Source of the DNA: Actinomycetota bacterium | Lineage (GTDB): Bacteria; Actinomycetota; CADDZG01; WHSQ01 | DNA length: 64,000 nt | Direction: 5' to 3' | Assembly: GCA_035629935.1 (NCBI GenBank) | Contig: DASQLQ010000175.1 | Coordinates: 3,606 to 67,605 of the forward strand | In this document: piece after piece, positions 18,793-28,432 of the stretch | How positions within the stretch are numbered: position 1 is the first letter of the stretch | Layout of the letters: every line of letters begins with the position of its first letter | The notes under the pieces: model-generated | What the model was told of the DNA's origin: nothing | What the model saw: only the letters and a program-made list of their open reading frames with translations | Database searches by the model: none | Program-made: the position numbers and the translations under genes

Positions 18793-19701
18793 ATGATGAC
18801 TGCAGGCAGATCGGGCACCGTTAAGACCGTCGACATCGACGGCCCCATCAACTACGTGGACTTCGGCGGCGACGGTCCCGAGATGATCCTTGTCCATGGG
18901 CTCGGCGGATCCGTTCAGAACTGGTTCGCCGTCGCACCCGGTTTGGCCGAGAACTATCGCGTCACCGCCGTTGATCTCGTCGGTTTCGGCCGCACACCGC
19001 GTCCCGAAGGTCGATCGGCCAAGGTCAGGGACAACCGGCTCGTGCTCGATCGATTCGTCGACGAGGTAGCGGGCGGCTCGTCCATCCTGGTCGGCAACTC
19101 GATGGGCGGAGCCATCTCGATCCTCGAAGCCGCGCAGGAACCGGACAAGGTCGCAGCGTTGGTGTTGGTCGATCCGGCGGTCCCGTACCCCGCCGGGCAG
19201 GAAGCCGATCCGGTCGTCGCGATGACGTTCGGCACCTACATGATGGACAACGCCGAAGAGCTGGTGACCGCCTATCTCACGCAAGTGGGCCCCGAAGCCG
19301 CGGTCCGGACGACGATGGAGCTCTGTTGCGTCGATGCCGACCGCGTCCCGGCCGAGGTGCTTGACGCGCAGATCGAGTTGATGAAAGAACGATCGGAGAT
19401 GGAGTGGGCCAACGGTTCGATGGTCGAGGCCGCGCGTTCATTGCTCGAGTTGAACGCGAATGAAGACGACTTCTTCGCGGCGGTGAAGGCGATCACAGCC
19501 CCTACCCTTCTCGTTCACGGCGACAGCGACCGGCTGATCCCGCTGACGGCCGCGCAACAGTTAGCGAACATCCGCCCCGACTGGCGCTTCGAGGTCTTCG
19601 CCGACACCGGCCACGTCCCCCAACTGGAGACCCCCGAGAGGTTCCTCTCGGTTGTCGGCGGCTGGCTCGAGACCGTCCTAACGAAAGAAACGGTCGGCTA
19701 G
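18793..19701 (+). CDS. alpha/beta hydrolase
   Basis: 302 aa; HGLGGS oxyanion region, GNSMGG nucleophile elbow, C-terminal GH. Confidence 0.85.
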   Translation: MMTAGRSGTVKTVDIDGPINYVDFGGDGPEMILVHGLGGSVQNWFAVAPGLAENYRVTAVDLVGFGRTPRPEGRSAKVRDNRLVLDRFVDEVAGGSSILVGNSMGGAISILEAAQEPDKVAALVLVDPAVPYPAGQEADPVVAMTFGTYMMDNAEELVTAYLTQVGPEAAVRTTMELCCVDADRVPAEVLDAQIELMKERSEMEWANGSMVEAARSLLELNANEDDFFAAVKAITAPTLLVHGDSDRLIPLTAAQQLANIRPDWRFEVFADTGHVPQLETPERFLSVVGGWLETVLTKETVG

Positions 19702-19705
19702 GCGC

Positions 19706-20953
19706 TCAGCTGCGCTTGATGTCCTTCCACGGCACACCCTTGTCGGCCGCGGGATCGCGCGGCAGACCAAGGATCCGCTCCGCGAGCTGATTCTTGAGGA
19801 TCTCCGTCGTGCCCCCTTCGATCGAATAGCCGCGCGCTCGCAAGAACGCCCGGGCACGGGCTTCGGCCCCCTTGTCATCGGGAAGCCAAGCGATCGCCCC
19901 CGGACCCGCTGCATTCATCGCGAACGAGGTCTGTCGCTGGTTCAACTCGGCATTGAAGACCTTGCCCACGCCACCCTCGGCACCGGGTGATGCTCCGACA
20001 CGCCGGGCGGCCGCAGCACGGAACGCCGTCATCTCCTTAACCTCGCGCTCGACATGGAAGCGCGCCACGCTCTGGCGTACCAAACGATCGTCGCGGTGAG
20101 GGATCGAGTGAACGAACATCTTCCAGGGATCTTTCCGGGCGCCGCCCATGAAAGCCTCGGGGCTGGTGGACAACCCGGATAGAGCCACGCGCTCGTTCAT
20201 CAACGTCGTGCGGGCTATCTCCCAACCTTGACCAACCTCGCCGACGCGGTTGGCGTCGGGGATGCGCAGACCGTCGAAGTACACCTCGTTGAACTCCGAA
20301 GCACCGGTTATCTGGCGGAGTGGCCGGACCTCGACACCTTCGGCTTTCATCGGACAGATGAAATACGTGAGGCCTTCGTGCTTCGGGAGACTCGGATCGG
20401 TTCGAGCTACCAGCATCCCGAACTGCGCCCACTCGGCGATCGACGTCCAGACCTTCTGACCCTTGATGACCCACTCGTCTCCGTCCTTCTCGGCGCGGGT
20501 CGCGAGCGAAGCCAGGTCGGAGCCGGCCCCCGGCTCGGAGAACAGCTGGCACCAAACCTCTTCGCTGGTGAGAATCTTGGAGAGATATCGCTCCTTCTGC
20601 GCATCCGACGCGTGCTCGATCAACGTCGGCCCGGCGAGCCCTATACCGAGGATGTTGATCCCGAACAGCGGAAGCCGGAGACGAGCCAGCTCCTCGCGGA
20701 CCACGTTCTGCATCCACACCTTGCCCGACAGACCGCCGTACTCCTTCGGCCATAGGGGGGCCGCGTAACCGGCCGCGCCGATCGTGCGATTCCAATCCAT
20801 AACGTCGAAGTGCGACCACGCAGCCTCGAACGCGGTTTCATCGCCCTTCTCGAGCGCTTCGATCCACCCATCGGGAACGTTCGCCTTGACCCAGGACAAG
20901 AACTGTTGACGGAACTCGGCCTGCTCCGGCGTGTCTTCGATCCGCCACCGCAT
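19706..20953 (-). CDS. acyl-CoA dehydrogenase (catalytic-Glu-containing subunit)
   Basis: 415 aa; ACAD fold motifs; C-terminal SIEGGTTEI keeps the catalytic Glu position. Confidence 0.9.
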   Translation of the reverse strand: MRWRIEDTPEQAEFRQQFLSWVKANVPDGWIEALEKGDETAFEAAWSHFDVMDWNRTIGAAGYAAPLWPKEYGGLSGKVWMQNVVREELARLRLPLFGINILGIGLAGPTLIEHASDAQKERYLSKILTSEEVWCQLFSEPGAGSDLASLATRAEKDGDEWVIKGQKVWTSIAEWAQFGMLVARTDPSLPKHEGLTYFICPMKAEGVEVRPLRQITGASEFNEVYFDGLRIPDANRVGEVGQGWEIARTTLMNERVALSGLSTSPEAFMGGARKDPWKMFVHSIPHRDDRLVRQSVARFHVEREVKEMTAFRAAAARRVGASPGAEGGVGKVFNAELNQRQTSFAMNAAGPGAIAWLPDDKGAEARARAFLRARGYSIEGGTTEILKNQLAERILGLPRDPAADKGVPWKDIKRS

Positions 20954-22086
20954 CAGTTATCACCCCCGATGTCCGTCAAGCGGGCTAAGACGTCCCGGTG
21001 ATAGTCACCGTCGCCGAGATAGATCTCAGACGACTTCGCTCTGCGGAAGTACAGATGCACGTCGTGCTCCCAGGTGAACCCGATGCCGCCGAGCACCTGG
21101 ATCGTCTTTCCCGCCACATCGAAGAACGCTTCCGAGCAATAGGACTTGGCCAGCGAAGCGGCAACCGGTAGTTCGCTTTCGTCTTCAGACACTGCCCACG
21201 CCGAGTAGTACGCAGCAGACTTCGCCATCTCGACTTCGATGAGCATCTCGGCGCACTTGTGCTTGACCGCTTGGAACGATCCGATCGGTCGTCCGAACTG
21301 GACTCGCGTGTTCGCGTGCTCCGTGGCCGTGTCCAAGCACCACTGCGCCCCGCCGACCATCTCGGCGGCGAGGCCCACGGCCGCCTGCTGCAACGTGCGC
21401 TCGAGGGCGGCGGCCCCGCCGCCGGCCTGGCCCAACAACGTGGCTGGTGTCGACGAGAAATCGACCTTGGCCTGCTTCCGCGACATGTCGAGCGTATCGA
21501 GCGGCGTTTTCGTCAGCCCATCCGCATCGGCGTCGACAAGGAACAATTCGATGTCATCACCCAACCGAGCAGCCACGACCAGCACGGTCGCGGTGTGGCC
21601 GTCGAGGACGTACATCTTCGTTCCGTTCAGCGCGTACCCGCCGTCCTTCTGTGTAGCGGCAAGCGTTATCCCAGTGGCATCCCAGCGCCCCGACTCCTCG
21701 GTGAATGCGAGCGTAGCGCGCGTCGATCCGTCCGCAAGCTTGGGCAACAGATCCTTTCTCTGTTCCTCGGTGCCCGCATTCAGGACCGCTTCGGCACCGA
21801 GCACGACGGACGAGAAGAAGGGCGCCGCCAGGTTGGCTCGCCCCATCTCTTCCAGAAGCACCCCAAGCTCGGTGAACGTGTAGCCGGCACCCCCGTACTC
21901 CTCGGGGATGGCGATCCCCATCCATCCAAGCTCGGACATCTGCTTCCAGGTCGCTTCATCGAACCCCTCGGTCGACTCCATCGCGGAGCGGATCGCCTCC
22001 GAGCCGGAGTTCTCCTGTAGGAACCTCTTGGCGGAAGCCCGTAGCTCCTGCTGTTCATCGGTGAAGACTCCAGGTGTATTCATCAA
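20953..22086 (-). CDS. acyl-CoA dehydrogenase family protein (lacks Glu at the MCAD-type catalytic position)
   Basis: 377 aa; ACAD fold; position equivalent to IYEGT reads IYLGD; 1-nt overlap with the downstream ACAD gene. Confidence 0.85.
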   Translation of the reverse strand: MMNTPGVFTDEQQELRASAKRFLQENSGSEAIRSAMESTEGFDEATWKQMSELGWMGIAIPEEYGGAGYTFTELGVLLEEMGRANLAAPFFSSVVLGAEAVLNAGTEEQRKDLLPKLADGSTRATLAFTEESGRWDATGITLAATQKDGGYALNGTKMYVLDGHTATVLVVAARLGDDIELFLVDADADGLTKTPLDTLDMSRKQAKVDFSSTPATLLGQAGGGAAALERTLQQAAVGLAAEMVGGAQWCLDTATEHANTRVQFGRPIGSFQAVKHKCAEMLIEVEMAKSAAYYSAWAVSEDESELPVAASLAKSYCSEAFFDVAGKTIQVLGGIGFTWEHDVHLYFRRAKSSEIYLGDGDYHRDVLARLTDIGGDN

Positions 22087-22103
22087 ATGAAATTACCAGG
22101 GAG

Positions 22104-22928
22104 CTAAGTGTCGAAGTTGAGATCGGACTGGTGATGGGCTCGGCCATCGCCCAACGAAGGTGGAGCGATACCTGCTGCTCCTTCGACACGAGGCCCCGGC
22201 ACCCCTCGGAACTCGTAGAGCTCGCACGTTCTGCCCGGTTGGCAGACGAATATCTGACCGGTGCCGTTCGAAGTAGCTATCTGGACCACCGCAGTGGCCA
22301 CATCCTCCGGCTGTAAGAGGGGGAAGTCGTTCCGGCGGAACAGCGGTACCGCCCCCTGGAGCATGGGCGTCTCGACGAATCCGGGGCAGATCGCGTTGAT
22401 CCGGATATTCCGCGGAGCCAGCTGCTGGGCGACCGAGCGAACGAATCCCACTACAGCGTGTTTGGTTAGTCCGTAAACCGGATCGGTGGGATACGGCATC
22501 AGACCCGCGAGGGAAGCGGTCGCGATGATCTGACCCCCTTCGCTCATCGACTGGACGCATGCCTTCGCCCCGAACACCACCCCGCCGACGTTGATCCCCC
22601 AGGCACGTTGGAACCCCTGCACGTCCAGCTCCACCAGATCGACATCACGTTCCACGACGCCCGCGTTCAGATGGGCGATGTCGAGTCGGCCGAGTTCAGC
22701 TCGCGCAGATCGAACGGCTGCCGCTATCTGTTCCGGGTCCGATACGTCCGCTGCAACGAACAATCCATCAACTTCATCCGCAGCCGACTTGCCGCCGGAC
22801 TCGTCGAGGTCCACCACCGCTACCCGTGCACCTTCGGCCGACATGCGCCGAGCCACACTCAGGCCGATGCCCGAGGCGGCCCCGGTCACGAGCGCGACTT
22901 TGCCGGCGAACTGGCTCATCTCATCCAC
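22104..22928 (-). CDS. short-chain dehydrogenase/reductase (SDR)
   Basis: 274 aa; VTGAASGIG Rossmann motif; YGLTKHAV catalytic motif. Confidence 0.85.
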   Translation of the reverse strand: MDEMSQFAGKVALVTGAASGIGLSVARRMSAEGARVAVVDLDESGGKSAADEVDGLFVAADVSDPEQIAAAVRSARAELGRLDIAHLNAGVVERDVDLVELDVQGFQRAWGINVGGVVFGAKACVQSMSEGGQIIATASLAGLMPYPTDPVYGLTKHAVVGFVRSVAQQLAPRNIRINAICPGFVETPMLQGAVPLFRRNDFPLLQPEDVATAVVQIATSNGTGQIFVCQPGRTCELYEFRGVPGPRVEGAAGIAPPSLGDGRAHHQSDLNFDT

Positions 22929-23907
22929 CGAACAATCTGCGTGGGTTATCGGTCAGGATCGAATCGAACGTCGCCCTGTCTACCCCCGCGGCCTCCAGCT
23001 TCGGCCAAAAGTCGGTGAACAGGTAGTCGTGCGGACGACCGACCATCTGCTCGCGCACCCACGGTTCGATCTGATCGAACGTTTCTTCCATGCCCGCAGG
23101 TATCGGATAAGGGAACTTGTGCGAGCGAAGACAGCACATGTGGTCCTGGCTGAGGCACAAGCGCTCTTGATGCCCGGCCTCCAGCATCCCCTTGACCAGT
23201 GAAACGCGGTTCTCTTCGGGCGCGAGCACCTCGAAACCAACCCGATCGACGCCGGCGAATGAGCCCTGCTCGGCGATCTTGACGAGCTGGGTTGCATCGG
23301 TCGCCTGATCCTGATGGCCGATCAGACAGCGAGATAACTCGACGCCTTCATCGGCCAGGATCTCTTGCTGCACGTCCCATCCGTTCGAGTTCTCGCAGTG
23401 CGTGATCACGCTCAGCCCCGAATCCTTTGCCGCGCGTGCGGCGGCTCGAGCCACCTTCTTCTCGAGCTCGGTAGGCGGGTCGCCGGTCGCGATCTTGACC
23501 ACTCCGGGTTTGATGCCCGTGTCACCGATCCCATTCGATATCTCGTCCATGTAGAACTCATGGATCTCATCGATGCTGCGGAGCCGCCAGTAATAGGGGA
23601 TACCGATGTGCTCGTGATAAAAGCCGGTCGAGCAGACGAGCTGCATCCCGGCGCGCTCGGCAACCTCTGCCAGCATCTCCGGATCGCGGCCGAGGTCGAT
23701 CGGACATGGATCCACCCATGTCTTGATGCCAAAGGCTTGGGTTTGTTTCATCCGTTCGACTGCCACACTGATGCAACGTGACCGCTCGAACGTGTCGTTC
23801 GGATCGAGCACGTCGCCGGGATAAGAGATGTAGATGTGCTCGTGCACCAGCGTGGGGCCGAGCTCCGACGTGTCGATCGGCCCGAGCACCGTCTGAAGGG
23901 TCGCCAT
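22921..23907 (-). CDS. phosphotriesterase-like (PTE/PLL) amidohydrolase, probable lactonase
   Basis: 328 aa; binuclear metal ligands VHEHI, VKIATG (Lys), ITHC, IGH, LSQDH. Confidence 0.8.
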   Translation of the reverse strand: MATLQTVLGPIDTSELGPTLVHEHIYISYPGDVLDPNDTFERSRCISVAVERMKQTQAFGIKTWVDPCPIDLGRDPEMLAEVAERAGMQLVCSTGFYHEHIGIPYYWRLRSIDEIHEFYMDEISNGIGDTGIKPGVVKIATGDPPTELEKKVARAAARAAKDSGLSVITHCENSNGWDVQQEILADEGVELSRCLIGHQDQATDATQLVKIAEQGSFAGVDRVGFEVLAPEENRVSLVKGMLEAGHQERLCLSQDHMCCLRSHKFPYPIPAGMEETFDQIEPWVREQMVGRPHDYLFTDFWPKLEAAGVDRATFDSILTDNPRRLFGG

Positions 23908-23941
23908 CCGCCCGAAACTACAGCCCGTTTAGAGTCACCAC

Positions 23942-25015
23942 ATGCTCGAGAAGACGAAGGCGGCGATCGTCGAAGGCGCTGATCCATCGGTGGTCGGTCC
24001 GTATCTTGCCGAACATCTCGGCGACGAGTCCTGGAACACCGTTTCCGTCGAGCTCATCTCCGGAGGCAAATCGAACCTCACCTACCTCGTGACGTCGGGC
24101 GCCGGCGAAGTCATCCTTCGGCGCCCTCCCCTCGGCCACGTACTGCCTACCGCGCACGACATGACCAGGGAGTTCACCGTCCTCAGCGGCCTAAGTGACA
24201 CGGACGTCCCCACCCCCCGGCCCATCCACCTCTGTACCGATCCGGACGTGCTCGGCGTGACGTTCTATGTGATGGAGCGCATGAAAGGTCACATCGTGCG
24301 CAACGAATTCCCACCCGGGTACGCGGACACTCCCGAACAGAAACGTCTCATCGGCGAGGGACTCGTCGACACACTGGTCCGGCTGCACCGTGTGGACTGG
24401 AAGGCGGTCGGGCTCGGCGAGTTCGGTCACCCCGAGGGATTCATGGCCCGGCAGATCCGGCGTTGGAAGCAGCAATGGGAGAAGTCGGTCACGCGACCGC
24501 TCGAGATCATGGATCAATTGATCTCCCAACTCGAGCAGAACCTCCCGGTGTCTCCCTCTCCGACCATCGTGCATGGGGACTTCCGTTTGGACAACGCGAT
24601 CCTCGACGCGACCGATCCCGGCAAAGTCGTGGCTGTTCTCGACTGGGAGATGTCGACGATCGGCGACCCCCTTGCGGATCTAGGCCTGATGCTTTGTTAC
24701 TGGCCGCAACAGGACGATAACGACGAGTTCAAGCGTTCGTTCTCGGGCATCACCGCGACGGCCGCACCTGGGTTCCCCTCGCGCGACAGTGTGCTGGAGC
24801 AGTACGCGCGCCGGTCGGGCCGCGACGTGTCGCAGGTCTACTACTACTGGGCATTCGGCTTCTTCAAGCTCGCGGTGATCCTCGAAGGGATCCACGCGCG
24901 GTTCTTGCAAGGAAAGACATTGGGAGAAGGCTTCGAAGGCATCGGCGAACGGGTTCCACCGCTCGTGATGCTGGGGTTATGGGTACTCGACCGCAAAGAG
25001 GTTTCTGCCATCTAA
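23942..25015 (+). CDS. APH-type phosphotransferase (ACAD10/11 N-terminal kinase-like)
   Basis: 357 aa; ISGGKSNLTY, HGDFRLDN catalytic loop, LDWEMSTIGDPLADL. Confidence 0.85.
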   Translation: MLEKTKAAIVEGADPSVVGPYLAEHLGDESWNTVSVELISGGKSNLTYLVTSGAGEVILRRPPLGHVLPTAHDMTREFTVLSGLSDTDVPTPRPIHLCTDPDVLGVTFYVMERMKGHIVRNEFPPGYADTPEQKRLIGEGLVDTLVRLHRVDWKAVGLGEFGHPEGFMARQIRRWKQQWEKSVTRPLEIMDQLISQLEQNLPVSPSPTIVHGDFRLDNAILDATDPGKVVAVLDWEMSTIGDPLADLGLMLCYWPQQDDNDEFKRSFSGITATAAPGFPSRDSVLEQYARRSGRDVSQVYYYWAFGFFKLAVILEGIHARFLQGKTLGEGFEGIGERVPPLVMLGLWVLDRKEVSAI

Positions 25016-25024
25016 GGAGGCGTC

Positions 25025-26239
25025 GTGGATTTCGAACACAGTAGGAAGTCGCAGGAGTTGCAAGAGAAGCTGCTCGACTTCATGGACAACCACATCTATC
25101 CGAACGAGCGCACCTACGTCGATCAGATGATGGCCCAGGAGGACGTCCACGTGATGCCGCCGGTCATGGAGCAGCTGAAGAAAGAGGCCCGCAGCCGCGG
25201 TCTTTGGAATCTCTTTCTGCCGAACCCGGAGCACGGCGCGGGGCTGAACAACCTCGACTACGCGCCACTGGCCGAGATCATGGGACGAAGCCCGATCGCA
25301 TCCGAAGCCACGAACTGCGCGGCCCCCGACACCGGCAACATGGAGATCCTCGCCGAGTACGGCAACCAGGAGCAGAAGGAGAAGTGGCTGAAGCCGCTCC
25401 TCGAAGGCGAGATCCGATCGTGTTTCAGCATGACCGAGCCGGAGGTTGCGTCGAGCGACGCGACCAACCTCGCTACCCGCATCGAGCGAGTGGGCGACGA
25501 GTACGTCGTCAATGGTCGCAAGTGGTGGTCCTCGGGAGCGGCCGATCCACGCTGCAAGCTCAGTTTGTTGCTCGGGCGTAGCGACTTCTCAGAACCGCAA
25601 GACCGCACGGCCCGGTACCTTCAGCACAGTCTCGTGCTGATCCCGATGGACACGCCGGGCGTGAAGGTCCTTCGCACCCTTCCGGTATTCGGTTTCGATG
25701 CCGGCCACGGTCACTGCGAGATCGTCTTCGAAGACGTTCACATCCCGCTTGCGAACCTACTCGGCGAAGAGGGCGGCGGGTTCGTCATCGGGCAGGCACG
25801 TTTGGGCCCGGGCCGGATCCATCACTGCATGCGTGCTATCGGGATGGCGGAGCGGGCCCTCGAGCTGATGTGCGAGCGCGCCCAGTCACGCGTTGCGTTC
25901 GGCATCCCGCTGTCGAAGCAGGGTGTCATCCGGGACTGGATCGCGGAGGCTCGCATCAGGATCGAGCAAGCGCGCCTGTTGACTCTCAAGGCCGCATGGA
26001 TGATGGATCGCGCCGGCAACAGGGAAGCTCGTATCGAGATCTCGGCGATCAAGGTGGCTGCGGCGGAGCTTGCTACATGGGTCATCGACCGTGCCATACA
26101 GGTTCATGGGGGGGCAGGCGTCTCGAACGACACCCCGCTGGCGATGATGTACGCACATGCCAGGACCCTTCACATCGTCGACGGGGCAGACGAGGTCCAC
26201 AAGATGCTGATCTCCCGCGAAGAGCTAAAGAAGTACTAG
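25025..26239 (+). CDS. ACAD10/ACAD11-like acyl-CoA dehydrogenase
   Basis: 404 aa; GTG after AAGGAGG; [14 protein letters not shown] motif; C-terminal IVDGADEVH (Asp in place of the usual catalytic Glu). Confidence 0.9.
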   Translation: MDFEHSRKSQELQEKLLDFMDNHIYPNERTYVDQMMAQEDVHVMPPVMEQLKKEARSRGLWNLFLPNPEHGAGLNNLDYAPLAEIMGRSPIASEATNCAAPDTGNMEILAEYGNQEQKEKWLKPLLEGEIRSCFSMTEPEVASSDATNLATRIERVGDEYVVNGRKWWSSGAADPRCKLSLLLGRSDFSEPQDRTARYLQHSLVLIPMDTPGVKVLRTLPVFGFDAGHGHCEIVFEDVHIPLANLLGEEGGGFVIGQARLGPGRIHHCMRAIGMAERALELMCERAQSRVAFGIPLSKQGVIRDWIAEARIRIEQARLLTLKAAWMMDRAGNREARIEISAIKVAAAELATWVIDRAIQVHGGAGVSNDTPLAMMYAHARTLHIVDGADEVHKMLISREELKKY

Positions 26240-26673
26240 CCGAACTTGTAGATCAGGTGCTGCTCGGTGCGGCCCCCGGGAACGAAGCCGGACTTCTCCA
26301 GCACCCGGATCGAAGCCGCATTGTGCTCGGCGACGTAAGCGTGGAGCGGGCGTTGTTCAACAAGTGCGACGAACCGGGGTAGCACAGACGAAGCTATCCC
26401 CTTGCCCCAATAGGGCTTGCCGATCCAATACCCGATCTCCTGCCCACTATCGGTTGCCCAACTGACGAGGTTGCCGGCTACGGCGCCGCCGACCACGACC
26501 GTCTGCATGAACACAGTTGGGTCCGTCCGTATCTTCTTCAGGTGTGCGAAGTAATCCGCTTCGCTCCGCGGAGGAAAGGCAGCCATCGCTGCCGCATCCG
26601 GGTCCGCTTGCTGCTCGTAGAAGATCGGGACGTCGGTGTCGACGACGTCGCGCAGTGAAGGTTCGTCGCTCAA
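26236..26673 (-). CDS. GNAT family N-acetyltransferase
   Basis: 145 aa; acetyl-CoA binding region YWGKGIAS; [13 protein letters not shown]. Confidence 0.8.
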   Translation of the reverse strand: MSDEPSLRDVVDTDVPIFYEQQADPDAAAMAAFPPRSEADYFAHLKKIRTDPTVFMQTVVVGGAVAGNLVSWATDSGQEIGYWIGKPYWGKGIASSVLPRFVALVEQRPLHAYVAEHNAASIRVLEKSGFVPGGRTEQHLIYKFG

Positions 26674-26676
26674 CGG

Positions 26677-28380
26677 CTAGTAACGAGATTGGCCGAACAT
26701 CTCGCCCAGCCTGATCGCCACCTTCGCGTCGCCCAACAACTGGATCCTGCCCTCCATCATCGCGAGGGCGCCGTTCTCCTCCCCGCTGGCGATGCGCAGG
26801 TACGTCGGCGCGCCCATCTGTACGGTCACGGCCGGCGAATCGGCGTGGCCCGGCACGAGCTCAGCGAGCTCCCCGTCAACATGCACGAAGTACTCGTGAG
26901 AAGACCCACCCCCCTCAACGGTCAAGACGTACTGGATGTCTCCATTGAACCCACGCGTGTATTGCGGGTCGAACCCGGCAACCATCCCGTGCAGGATGAG
27001 CTCGAGGACCTGGGTGGTGCGCACCATCTCGAGCAGCTCCGCATCCGTTTTCCCGCGCAGTTGGTCGAGGAACTGCTCCTGCGGTGAAGCGGTGTCCGCG
27101 CGAGGTGCCAGAGTCCAGGTGCGACCCGCGCTCCTCTCACCATCCGGCCGCACGACGTAGTCCTCATCAGCTTCGCGGGCAGGCTCGCGTCGAGCCATAG
27201 CGGCTTCGATCGCGGGAGCCAGTCGTTCCATCTTCTTCTTCTCTGCGGCTTCGGCCCGATCCGCGTAGATCGGAAGGACTTCCTTGCCGAAGAGCTCCAG
27301 TGACTCACAGACCTCTTCGTGCACGTTGTTCCCGCACTGAGCAACGAAGATGACTTGGTCCACCCCGGCCGCCTCGTAGCGATCGATCAGATCCATGATC
27401 TGCTTCGGCGTACCTACCGCCCCTCGCATCGACCCCAGACCTTGTTCGAGCAGCTTGACACCGAGGGTGTCCCCTTCTGCCCGGATGATCTCTCGGGCGA
27501 AACCGAACTTGCCTCGATGCTGTTGGAACTCATTCCACACGTTCGTGCGACCCGGTTGGTGCTCGCCGAAGACGTAGTAGTGCGCCAGCGAATAGCCGAA
27601 GAAGTGCCCGCCGTCGATCCCGCGCTGGATCGCAGTCTCTTCGTCCTCATGACAGAAGAGTGGAACAACGACGGCCAGGTTGGGATTCACGTCGAATCCC
27701 GCCGGCACGCATCTGTCCGACGAGAGGATCGCGTAGTAGTCGTCAACCCATTCCTTCGCATCCTCGGGCTCGACGAACGAGAACGACAACGCGCCGATCC
27801 CCTTTTCGGCCGCCATCAAGATCGTCTCCCGACGCGAGCACGCAACCCATAAGGGCGGATGTGGCTTCTGTTGGGGCTTCGGGACGACGTTGCGTTGCGG
27901 AACCGAGATGAAGTCTCCGTCGTGCCCGGCGAAGGGCTCCTCGACGAACATCCGCGTGATCACATCGAGCGCCTCTGTCCACTGCGCTCGCTTCTGCTCC
28001 CTTTCCACGCCGAAACCGCCGAGCTCCATCTGGGAAGACGCCTCTCCGGTTCCGAAGTCGACGCGCCCGTTGGATACGAGATCCAGGGTCGCGACACGTT
28101 CGGCGATGCGCGCGGGATGGTTGAAGGCTGGAGGCAACTGAACGATCCCATGCCCTAGACGGATGCGCTCGGTGCGCTGACTCGCGGCCGCAAGGAACAC
28201 CTCGGGCGCGCTCGAATGCGAGTACTCCTCGAGGTAATGGTGTTCGACTTCCCAGACGTGGTCGAACCCAAGACGGTCGGCGAGCTCGATCTGGTCCAGC
28301 GCGTTGCGCAACAACTCGCCTTCGGCACCCTCGCGCCACGGTCGCGGCATCTGGTGCTCGTAGAACAGACCAAACCGCAT
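26677..28380 (-). CDS. luciferase-like (LLM class) flavin-dependent oxidoreductase fused to a C-terminal SCP2 sterol-carrier-like domain
   Basis: Start moved to MRFGLFYEHQ (ATG 28380); LLM TIM-barrel motifs over about 400 aa; C-terminal about 110 aa SCP2-like (ALAMMEGRIQLLGDAKVAIRLGEMF). Confidence 0.8.
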   Translation of the reverse strand: MRFGLFYEHQMPRPWREGAEGELLRNALDQIELADRLGFDHVWEVEHHYLEEYSHSSAPEVFLAAASQRTERIRLGHGIVQLPPAFNHPARIAERVATLDLVSNGRVDFGTGEASSQMELGGFGVEREQKRAQWTEALDVITRMFVEEPFAGHDGDFISVPQRNVVPKPQQKPHPPLWVACSRRETILMAAEKGIGALSFSFVEPEDAKEWVDDYYAILSSDRCVPAGFDVNPNLAVVVPLFCHEDEETAIQRGIDGGHFFGYSLAHYYVFGEHQPGRTNVWNEFQQHRGKFGFAREIIRAEGDTLGVKLLEQGLGSMRGAVGTPKQIMDLIDRYEAAGVDQVIFVAQCGNNVHEEVCESLELFGKEVLPIYADRAEAAEKKKMERLAPAIEAAMARREPAREADEDYVVRPDGERSAGRTWTLAPRADTASPQEQFLDQLRGKTDAELLEMVRTTQVLELILHGMVAGFDPQYTRGFNGDIQYVLTVEGGGSSHEYFVHVDGELAELVPGHADSPAVTVQMGAPTYLRIASGEENGALAMMEGRIQLLGDAKVAIRLGEMFGQSRY

Positions 28381-28417
28381 GCGTTTCCTCCCGTTTTGCC
28401 CGTTTCGGGTGGTAAGG

Positions 28418-28432
28418 GTTACTGTTAGTAAC
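28418..28432. promoter_or_regulatory. candidate TetR operator (inverted repeat GTTAC-N5-GTAAC)
   Basis: GTTACTGTTAGTAAC in the 52-bp divergent region between the LLM-SCP2 and tetR genes, ending 1 nt before the tetR ATG. Confidence 0.5.
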
